From Stegostoma tigrinum (lineage: Eukaryota), in assembly GCF_030684315.1 (NCBI RefSeq), contig NC_081386.1, forward strand, positions 32,221,020-32,285,019: a stretch of 64,000 nt of DNA, written 5' to 3'. Shown piece after piece: positions 25,501 to 35,699 of the stretch (positions are counted from its first letter, which is position 1; every line of letters starts with the position of its first letter). Made by a program: the position numbers and the translations under genes. Under the pieces are notes generated by a model, which saw only the letters and a program-made list of their open reading frames with translations, ran no database searches and was not told where the DNA came from.

Positions 25501-28500
25501 AATGACAGGATTTCACATTGAGCTAGGAGCATTTAGAGAGAAAAGTGACTGTTTCTGTTAGACAACACCCATCATACACTCCACCAGTAACCATGGCGAC
25601 ATGCTGGGAAACAACATATTACAAGGCCAGTTGCAGGCTGGGAGATTCCAGCCATAAAAATGCTCATTAGCTCAGTTAATCTGCACTCCAACACAAAACA
25701 GCACCAGTGAAGGCCATTGCAAAAGCCAAAATACCATACAACTATTATTATTATTCAAAACAAATCCTTCAGCTCTGTTAAAGAAACAAGACGAACAGAA
25801 TTCTTGTCATTCTTGCTTCATTGTTTTCTTGATCTTCACAGAGAAAGCTTCTTTTGTTTAGACAAGGCAAGGCTACCAGTTCTCAGAGAGTTGTAAAGGC
25901 TGGTGGAGGTAACAGAGACAGGGAAGGTTGTGGGAGCTGAAGGAGGTTAGAGATAGGAAGGGAGCAAGGCCATTGGGAGGACTGGGGAAGAAGATGAGAG
26001 AAAATAGGACCATCAGACTGAGCCTTTCTCATGGGTTGTTTATGATTAACACAAAACTGCCAAAAATAACCTTGAACTAACAGAAGCTAGCTCGTGGAAA
26101 TAGACAAGGAGGTGGAGGGGGATGATTCCTATTCTGCAGTTATAATTACAACCAAATGGATCACAAGTGCACAAGTTATCACAACACAGAGAGCTTGGTC
26201 TTAATGTACACCTTCCACCCCTCTACAAATCAAAAACTAAACACTGAGAAACCAGTGACAAAGTTCCAACTGAGCTTGTTCAGAGGGATAACACTGGGAT
26301 AGAGCAGCTACATGTACACCAGGCTCCAACTCACTGTGACTACCGTTGAAAAAATTCCACAAGAAAGAAATCTGAACCTCAAAACTACACACTTCATAAC
26401 AATAAAATCAACACCATCCTTGATTCTTAGCTGGAAGTTTATTTTTGAAGCTTCATCCTTGGGACTGTGGTCAGCAAAGCCAGCATTTTACAGGCCACCC
26501 CTTAACGTCCTCATGCTGCCTAAAACCAAGGGGCCTGGTTGGCCGTTACAGAGGGGAATCCAGAGTTAAATCAGTTCGCTGTGGGTCTGGAGGAGTCATG
26601 TGTTGGCCAAACCAGGCAACAAACAGAGATCTTTCTGAAAGGAGGATTGTGAACCAGGTGGAGTTTCTACTGCACTCTACTGGTTTCGGGCTCAGGACCG
26701 AGGGCCTGCAGTATTGCTAGGTATTCCAAACTTACAGTCGCAAAGTCAAACCAAAAACCCTGCTTGTCTTTGAAGTGAATGGTAAGATCCCATGGTGCTA
26801 CTTTCATAGAGAAGCAGAGTTCTTCCTGGCGTCCAGGTAAATGTTTATCTCTTGACTGCACAAGAAAAAAAAAGTTGGTGAAGGCAGATTAACAAGTAAT
26901 TTATCACACTGCTGTTCACCTCCAATTGGTTACTTTGTAAATAATTCATTGCAGACTGTGAAAACATTGTTTAAAAGTGTAGTGCCTTCTCCCTGTTGTT
27001 GTCGTCACACAGTTGCAAAGGTGGTAGCTGCAGTGAGTGATCAGTGAACAAATTCCACTCAATTCACACCGTGTGCCAAGTTGGCAGAGCCTCGATCAGG
27101 AATCCAACAATCCGCCTCAGCATCCCAGGCCGCCCTGCACCGTCCACTCCCTGTCGAGCTCCTTTTGCAGCTGCACATGGGGTCAGGAAGTCAAACAGCA
27201 GGAGACGTTGGAACTTTGACAGAGTGGCAGCTCGGCAGGGATTGAGAACTTGCATTCTTGTGGTGGTCTCCACGGTGCAGTGACCTTGTGAAGCCAGCAA
27301 AGTGTAGTCATCGTCACAATGTAGAAAACACAGGAGCTGATTTACATGAAGCAAGCTCCCAGGAAATGTAATAATACTCTGGATAATCTGCTCTTTCAGC
27401 CCTGCCACCCATCCCAAAAAAAATGTTGATTGAGGAAAATAGAGCTCTGGGGAGAACTATGCTGTCCTTCAAAACAAAACATTCCCATCGGTGCAGCAAA
27501 ATGGTCCAGATTCCAGCCAACAGTTCAAAGAATGATCAGCGGTCAGTTCAGTCACTTCTCCAGGTAACTCTTGAACCACTGCTTTTAAAAAAGGCCACAG
27601 CAATACTAGCAAAAAAAAACAATGGTAGCCAAAACAAGAGTCTGGACTGATCCAATGATCTTCACTCTAACAGGCACATACCCCCATCCTGATACAATCT
27701 TATCTGCTGAACACATCACATTCCAACACAGCCCTCGCATTTTTCCCTTGAAGTCATTTCAGATCTGTGCCAGAGGGAGAAACATTAAGGAAAAACACAG
27801 CTAAAAAGAAGAGAAGGATACCAGAGAAAGCTGGAGACAAACACAGTTGAGAAGGAGAAATGTGCCACACAAAAGGGGCAGGAAACACACTCAAGATTGA
27901 AAACATCAGATTAATTTGACGTCCACCAGTTTTCAAATACACTGCATCAATAATCCTTATCAACAAAGCCAAGGGTTCTCCAAACTCAGAGCTGATGGAA
28001 TAACCGCCCTGCAATTATAGTTACAGATGGCTACACGGTGAAAACAAAATTTTTCACTGCTGTAGGGTCTGTGCTTGTGTCTTATGTATGTGAGAGAGCA
28101 GGAAAGCAGCCTGAGCAGGTCAGGAGCGATAGCAGCTGAACAAGTGCTTGAATATTGCTGGAGGCTTGACTATTTAGACAGAGCCACTGAGGAACACACC
28201 CCACATAAAGACACAGCTATAAAGCAAACTGAGAGGAGTCTCATTTTGGATTCCTGCCCTCATTTTTTTTGGCCGATAAGCCTCCTCTCTTTGCCTGGCC
28301 AGATATAAAAACAAGCTAGTATAATTCCCTTTTTAAAGTGGAGAGAGTAAAGGACAAGTACAATTGTCCCAAAAAAGAGCTGGTTTATCTTTTTATTCAT
28401 GAAACATCCTCTCATTAATTTTAAATGGCTTTGACATTGAAAGGATGATTGAGTTTTTGTGAAGAATATATGAAGTTGGGGCTGATCCCTTCAAAAGCCT

Positions 28501-28919
28501 GCTTGGGAGAGACAAAGGAGCACCGTCCCTTTAAGATTACCCAAGTTTCACATTACCTCCAATTAGTCACACACAATGCTGCAGAGATACTTGGGAAAGC
28601 AGGACTGACAGATGTTTAAATTGGAACAGTGCAGAGTGAGCTCTCTTTAAGAAGTGGAGCTGTACCAGTCAGAAGCAGATTGCAGCCCCAACTTGTGGCA
28701 CAGAGTGGAACTGCCATCCACAACTCACAAAACACACGTTGCATCCAAACTATTCAAAACAAGCCCCGAATTTCACCAACCCTGCAAAAACAGCGCACAC
28801 AAAGACCAAATCAGATCCTCCATCTGTAGAATTAAGGGGATCAGTTTAAGAAGAACAGCCAAGCCATGAATTACAGCAATTCGTCTCCCCCTCCTAAAAA
28901 AAATCCCAAGTGTTCTTAC

Positions 28920-28964
28920 CTGCTTATGCATCTCAATATTCAGGCCATAAGACATCTCGTAATA
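28920..28964 (-). CDS. TLE3: TLE3 coding exon 4 (YYEMSYGLNIEMHKQ), 45 bp
   Basis: tttcag acceptor and gtaaga donor. Invariant TLE-family peptide. Confidence 0.97.
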
Positions 28965-29624
28965 CTGAAACAACAGAAGTTGTCATTGCATTAATTTACA
29001 TTCTGGGATGTTTGAAAATCTCCCTGCAAATCAAAACTTCCTCATATTTGCCACTTGTCTGTTTTCTCTTTGTGTACTATTAATTTGTTTCCACCTGATT
29101 TATTTTTAAGATCCCCGCTTCCATTTCTGACTGCCTCCTTCTAATAAACAGCTGTGGTCATGGAAATGATAAATTGTTCACTCACAGACCACACGTGGAC
29201 GGCATGTTTACCTTTACCAGGAAAGTCATGCAAATATTGATCACTCAGAGGTAAAAGGAGAGCTGAATGTTCAGCAACCAATGTTATTCCACCACAAAAA
29301 AATTAACTTCTCAGAGCTCAACGCTAAACTGTAATTTAAAGCATTTCCAAACAGATGAAATTCGGCAACAAATCCCCCACACAGATTATTTAAAAATCTC
29401 TGGAAATTAGCGTAACAGACGATTGAACAAGTTTGATTGAATTGGTGTGTGTGTGTCAATGGCTGTGTCATATCCTATTTTAATCAGCTCTGAATGAGGG
29501 CCAACAAATTTATTGACAAATGTTCACAGGGATTAAAGCAGGAACATCCCGTGGGGGGGGGGGGGGGGAGAGAAAGGGAAGAGACAATGACTGGAGAAGG
29601 GGGTGTGGTGAAAGAAAGACTTAC

Positions 29625-29688
29625 CATAACATAATGACGCTGCATCTCTGTCTTTTCGTTTGCCAGTTTATCACATTCCATTTTTAAG
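29625..29688 (-). CDS. TLE3: TLE3 coding exon 3 (LKMECDKLANEKTEMQRHYVM), 64 bp
   Basis: tttcag acceptor and gtaagt donor. The DKLANEK motif is TLE3-like. Confidence 0.96.
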
Positions 29689-30033
29689 CTGAAAAGAAAT
29701 CGTAGAGGAAAAAGGATCAATTTCAAGGGGTTCAGGGAACCGAGACTATGTCAACACATTAACCAAACAATAAGCTGACATCACACGCTCTGAATAATTT
29801 AAAAGCTTGTTTACACGGCGTGTACTAACCTAAACAAAGCAAATAAATAGCTCACTGCTTCATTGCTCAATATTATCACTTTAAAATACAGCCTGCTTAT
29901 TATCTAATGAATTGTAAATAGAAGGGGTGGAGGCAGAAAAATAGATTCTGGACGAGATGGAGGGAGTCGGACCGGATTCTGATCGCTCCTTCAATTGAAC
30001 CAACTCAGTTTAAACGCCATCGACTTGACCCAC

Positions 30034-30131
30034 CTGTGATACTGAGCTTGCAAAAACTGAAATTCTTCCTTGATCCGGTCGCAGGACTCGGCCACGGTGA
30101 ATTTGAACGGTTGAGCAGGTTGATGAGGAGC
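30034..30131 (-). CDS. TLE3: TLE3 coding exon 2 ([33 protein letters not shown]), 98 bp
   Basis: ttgcag acceptor and gtgggt donor. Encodes Groucho/TLE Q-domain sequence and is in phase with exons 1 and 3. Confidence 0.96.
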
Positions 30132-30316
30132 CTGCAAGTACAACAGCATCTTTTTAAAAACAAAACCTCCTCTCCTCAGAATCAACAAACATCACTTAGT
30201 CGATGCCGACGCAATCAGGCGGTAGTTACGTGTAATGGCAACACAACAAAACTCACGGTGTTCAAGTTTAAGAGGATTGTTTGTATCCAAATAAAGAGAG
30301 AATGAAAGACACTTAC

Positions 30317-30340
30317 CGGGTGCCTGCCTTGAGGATACAT
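30317..30340 (-). CDS. TLE3: TLE3 coding exon 1 (MYPQGRHP)
   Basis: The reverse complement reads ATG TAT CCT CAA GGC AGG CAC CCG|gtaagt. There is an A at -3 and an in-frame TAA two codons upstream. The peptide matches the TLE2/TLE3 N-terminus. Confidence 0.95.
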
Positions 30341-31760
30341 CTTTTAAACAACGTATCCCCGGTAGGGGAAGGGGGTAGGGAGTGGAGGGAAAGGAACCCC
30401 ACTGCAGGGGGGGTGGTGGGAGAGAGAAAGACAGATACGATTCCAGCGATTGATGAACAAGATGCAAGCCCACAATACAAGAGAAAAGCTGTAAAGAGTC
30501 CACAGCCACGCCGCTCAGGATCAGAACCACTCCCAATGCTCCACAACAAAGCAGCAAGTCCTCCCGGGCCGCAGGCGACGGGGTTGTGTCTTTTTTTAAA
30601 AAAGAAGTCCCTTTGTGTTATAAGAGGAGGGGAGCTCCAACAGCACACTCTGGATTAAGGCAGATCATGGTACAACAGTCAGCAGCGTCTCCGGTGAACC
30701 ATAGATTTGGTGGTGCGGGGGGGGGGGCGTGTGTGGAAACACAGAATGTATGTTTAAAAAAACAGCGACCGCTTCTCCTCACAGACAGACAGAAAAGTCA
30801 CGATTCAGTTTCCTAAAAAGAATGGCAGCGAGGTCCCGAGGGAGAAGGCAGCGAAACAGGGGGGGAATAGTATGTCCACTTTGGGAAGGTGCGGCAGGGC
30901 AATCGGGAAGTTTGAGCCGGGATCCAGGCTCCTTCCTGCTGCTCCTCCACCTCCTCCTCCTGGACGATCGAAGCTTCAGCAGCCGAGGAAACGGGCTCGG
31001 AGTTACGGGGCGACAGCGAATCCCAGACCCGCAAGCCTCGACGGAGAGATCATGATCGCTTCTTCCGCGGGTGATGGAAAGGGGGGAGTGGGTGGGGGTC
31101 GAGGAGGAAGGGAACACACACACACAAAAACAAATAAAACGAAACAGCGGCGAAGAGGAAATCGCAATAATCTTCAATGAAGTTCAGCGGCGAATTGTTG
31201 CAATTGACAAGATCCCAAGGCGATTTCTCTCCTTCCACCGATTACCTTGTAATTGCAATTCTATTTTGCAACAATATTTGTTACTGTTGCTGTTTTGTAG
31301 CAAAAAAAGACGGTTTTTTTCTCTGCAAATTGGGAACGATCAGACGGAATGCCACACACAAACAGTGCCACAATCCACACCATGCGGCTTCCCCTTCCTT
31401 TGCTTTCCTATTGCTCTCTCTCTCTCTTTCTTTCTTTCTCCTTCCTTTCTTCTCCTCCGAAACTGCCCCGAGAGCCTGACCATATTTGGGTGGAAAGTAA
31501 CCAACGTTCCGCGGGGCCGGGGCTTAGCCAATCGGACGCCCCCGAGGCCCACGTGGGGTGCGCCCGCCTCCTGGAAGGGGGGGGTGAGGATACACCGGCC
31601 AATCGGATCCACCGGGCCCTACCATTGGCCGGCGACCCCCGTCGTTGTCAATCAAAGCCGGACCCGGGCTCCGCCTCCCCGTCTGCTCTCGCCGAGCTGT
31701 CAATCAAACCCACGAGGGGCCGCCGTGGCTGTAGCGCTGACAAATGCCTTTGATTCTGCC
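30341..31760 (-). promoter_or_regulatory. CpG island spanning the putative TLE3 5'UTR and promoter
   Basis: CpG and GC content are visibly raised. CCAAT boxes at 31528 and 31599, ATTGG at 31624, CArG CCATATTTGG at 31480-31489, CACGTG at 31550-31555 and TGATTGACAG (minus) at 31697-31706. The TSS position is inferred, not observed. Confidence 0.75.
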
Positions 31761-32923
31761 TACTGCTTGCAAATAGCGACTGGAATGCTGCTTAATTAGT
31801 TTTGAATGTCTTTTCCCCCAACAGCTCAAACAATCTGTCAGTACCATGTGGTAGAAGGATCTGTGTGTGTGCGTGAGGGTTTTTTTTTGTTCTGGAGTTG
31901 GAGGAGGTGAGGGGAAGAGTGAATAGAAAATCTGAATTCTTTTTAATGTGTGTGTGCTTTTCAAAACACATTAATAAAATCTGATGATCACATCACTGCA
32001 AAACCCATCAACTCCCGTGACAGAGGATACTTAGCAAACGTTAATGGTAAGATGCCTTTTTGAGAGGGAGTGCAGCCAATTTGTACAAAAGCCTTGCATG
32101 ATTATGTGTGGAGGGGTTAAATAAAAGGACTCTCCACCCCCTCCAAAAAGGCTAAGCTGCTATTTAACATTTAAGTCGCTATCTCTGATTCAGAAGCTTA
32201 AAACGGAGTATTTGCAGTTTCTTACTACCCAAACGAAGACTTTTGCCCCCGCAATAAGAGCCACGTAAATACTTCCATAAAGAAGGCAGCTGTGGCAACG
32301 CAGGAAGAACCTATGGTAAAAATTGGAAGACTGATTGGGGAAATTTCCCAGTTATCATAATATCTAGAGCAGAGTGATCATTTTGAAAGCCAGACTGCAA
32401 GTTCTAATCGGGGTGAAGTTTATTCTCCCAACTCTTGTCATTGTTTAGTTTCCCATTCACTCTCCTCGATCAGCGCAAGTACTGAAACAGCGAAAAAATA
32501 TCTTATTTTGTTTGCATCTTGTCGTGATCTGTTCCATGCAATAAATTATGACCTTAGTGCATAAATCTCAAGCGCTTGACAATTATTTTTAAAGTGTTCG
32601 AATCCTAATTGGAATCGTTTCAACTGTTTATATTACATGAAGTGTCAGGGTCATTTGCTACTGAAAAGATTAGTTTTCATTGGCCGGTTAATTGAGAACG
32701 CTGGAAACATCCCACGTGGGACTGAAACTGACTGGCAAAGGCTTGGCTGAAATATGACGGTAAGAAAGAAATCCAGGAGCGGAGCTTCTAGCTCTGCAGT
32801 CCACGCTGTTAACGTGTCAAAAACAACGTAAGTACAACAGGGGCCTCGTCAATGTTTTAACGGAGACTTATATTTATTGTAGCGCCTCTCACGATCGGAC
32901 CTCCCCAAGCAGTCGTGCAGGCA

Positions 32924-33074
32924 GACGTAGTAGGAACCGCAGATGCTGGAGAATCTGAGATAACAAGGTGTGGAGCTGGATGAACACAGCAGGACCAGCA
33001 GCATCAGAGGAGCAGGAAGGCTGACGTTTCGGGCCTAACGTCAGCTTTCCTGTTCCTCGGCCTGCCGTGTTCAT
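32924..33074. mobile_element. Penelope terminal-repeat mini fold-back insertion
   Basis: The terminal repeat turns back on itself at gctgacgtt...aacgtcagc (~33020-33045). TSD tc(g/a)tgcaggca at 32913-32923 and 33075-33085. Confidence 0.75.
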
Positions 33075-33764
33075 TCATGCAGGCAACCAATTTGTGAACA
33101 GCAAGCTCTTTTTTTTGGTCAATACACACCTCTAGAGCAGATGGGAGTTGAACCTTAGCCTCCAGGCTCAGATATAAGGACACTACCGCTATACCATCTA
33201 AGCGTTACATGGCAAACTCCCACAAACAAAAAATGGAACTCAGAATGTTTTGTCAGATGTGAAGAAGGGTCACTGGACTCTAAATGCTAACTCTGTTTCT
33301 CTCTTTTACACCCCCCCCCCCAACAGATTCATTGAGATCCTCCAACAATTTCTGTTTTTGTTTCAGATTTCAAACATCCACAGTTCTTCAATTTGTCAAA
33401 ACAGGTGACAGCCATTCAATGGCTCCATTTCTCAAGGTTATGTTTTGACCAGTCAACTTGCCTTTTCTTTTAAAAAAAAAGGATGTGGAAACATTGTGAT
33501 TTAAAACAGTGAGAGCAGAGGTTATGTATTTAACCCAAGTTATTGATTAAGACTAAAGCAAGCTTTCTTCATCATTTTCCCCTCAACTAAAATTAAAATA
33601 TACTCAGTGTAGAAACACCTTGGTGCTCTAAAATAGAATATGATGAGCTGAAGTAACAGCCTGGTTCTACAATAAGTCTTCATTTTTTTTGTGTATCTTC
33701 CACAAAATATATTGCACTGTAGCAAAGTTTGACATTTCCTGATGAGATAAACATTTAAAATAAA

Positions 33765-35296
33765 AACCAGAAGAACTGTAAATCAGGAACAAATCAAGTT
33801 GCTGGAAAAGCTCAGCAGATCTGGCAGCATCAGTGAAGAAAAACCAAAACTAACATTTTCGGGTTCAATGACCCTTTCTCAGAATTGATGGTAGCCAGGA
33901 AAAATGTCAGTTTATATGCAGAGGCTGGGGAGGGAGTAAGGAGTAAGTGATATGTGGGGATAGAGCCAAGAAGAGAGAGAACAGCAGTTGGCTCGACAGA
34001 GGAGCTGATAACAATCTGGCTAGGAGGCTGAATAGCTGTTAATGGGAACTGTTCGTCACTATTAGTAGGTAGTTTGTAATGGGAGCCTATGTAATTAGCT
34101 ACCATCCCACCAGCATCCACATCTAGAAGACCATCGGATGCTATTTCAGCAAAGATGCCACCACCAGGCATATTCCCTCCCTTCCCTTTTCCACCTTGCA
34201 CAGGGACCATTCCCGAAGGGGAACCCTGGTTCACTCTTCCTTCACTCCTGACACACCCACAACACCCTCTGCTGCAACCAGCAAAAGTACAACACCTGCC
34301 CCTTTATTTCCTCTATCCCCAGTATCCAGGGCCGAGGCCCGAAATGTCAGCTTTTGTGCTCCTGAGATGCTGCTGGGCCTCCTGTGTTCATCCAGCTCCA
34401 CACTTTGTTATCTTGGATTCTCCAGCATCTGCAGTTCCCATTATCTCTTACCCCTAAACATATCTTCCAGGTGAAGCAACACTTAAGCAGTACTTCCCAG
34501 AACCTGGTCTAATGCATTTACTGCTCACAATGTGGTCTCCTCTATATTGGGGAAATGAAGCATAGGCTGGGTGATTGCTTCACAGAACATCTATGTTCTG
34601 CTTGCCAAAAAAAGACTGAGCTTCCAGTTGCCTGCCACTTTAACATACCACCCTGTACCCTAACCAACATCTCTGTCTCTGTTGCTGCAGTGGTCCAGTA
34701 AATCTCAGTGCAAGCTGCAAGAAACACGCCTCATTTTCCACTTCAGGACCCTGCAGCCCTCTGGACTCAATATCAAGTTCAATAATTTTGGGGCCTAAAC
34801 TCTCCCATGTCCTAGCCCCCCCACCCATCACACGAGGCCTTGTTATCACAGTCTGCCATATCACACTACCTATTGTGAGCCACTAGCAAACCCCATTAAT
34901 AGCTATTCGCCTTCCTAGCCAGATCGTTATCCACTCTTTTTTTTGTCTATCCAACGCTTTTCTTTCACACTCACACTCACACTCTGAGGAAAGGTCACTG
35001 GACCCAAAATGTTAACTCTGTCTAATCTTCACAGATGCTGCCAGGCCTGTGAGCTTTTCCAGCAACTTTGTTTTTGTTCCTGATTTACAACATCCATTGT
35101 TCTTTGTTTTTATTTGTTTTTCTCACTCTTTAGACTCTATCTTCACCTATCCCCTATCTTCGGCATATAAAGAAACATTTTCCTAGCTACCATCAAATCT
35201 GAGGAAGGGTCACCAGACCTGAAACATTAACTCTAATTTTTTTTCTTCACAAATGCTGTCAAAACTGCTGAACTTTTCCAGCAACTTCTGTTTTTG
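33765..35296 (+). mobile_element. Older Penelope-like element (second family): inverted terminal repeat, decayed GIY-YIG, partial tandem terminal repeats, with a nested short repeat of the first family at ~34325-34447
   Basis: Decayed CSQCGLLYIGE-encoding DNA at ~34520-34560. The segment ~33765-34080 is the reverse complement of the ~34860-35296 region. Confidence 0.75.
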
Positions 35297-35460
35297 TAAG
35301 TAATTACAAGCCTATTTCATCCTTTTCTGCCTGGTTTGCAATTTTAAACAAAGTGTAACAATTAGGTGTCAATCATCACTAACTGCTGCATTTTCCATGG
35401 TACCACCTCAACCAATCAAGATTTCAGAGGCCAACCAATCAGCACTCTCCTCTCATACAG

Positions 35461-35657
35461 AGATAATGGGAGCTGCAGATGCTGGAGAATCCAAGATAAC
35501 AAGGTGTGGAGCTGGATGAAGACAGCAGGCCGAGCAGGAAAGCTGACGTTTCAGGCCTAGACTTTGTGATGAATGACCTGGGCCTGAAACGTCAGCTTTC
35601 CTGCTCCTAAGATGCTGCTTGGCCTGCTGTGTTCATCCAGTTCCACACCTTGTTATC
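35461..35657. mobile_element. Penelope terminal-repeat mini fold-back insertion
   Basis: agctgacgtttcaggcc...ggcctgaaacgtcagct inverted arms that extend to the gataacaaggtgtgg/ccacaccttgttatc ends. Confidence 0.75.
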
Positions 35658-35699
35658 ACTCTCTCACTCTCACACACCCAGAATCAGGTTTTCCTCTTT

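Noticed and set aside
1835-30340. Assignment to TLE1, TLE2, TLE4 or TLE5/AES
   Set aside because: [29 protein letters not shown] and the VRGxPNLPLT insert all match TLE3 as recalled.
30341-30365. TLE4-like N-terminal extension upstream of MYPQ
   Set aside because: There is an in-frame TAA two codons upstream and no upstream in-frame ATG.
31071-31799. 242-aa plus-strand ORF and other overlapping ORFs at the CpG island
   Set aside because: Low-complexity translations with no recognisable domain. Long ORFs are expected by chance in GC-rich promoter and UTR DNA.
32924-33074. DNA-transposon MITE with terminal inverted repeats
   Set aside because: The inverted arms are pieces of the Penelope terminal repeat seen at the 3' end of the GIY-YIG-encoding copies, and the arms are unequal in length.
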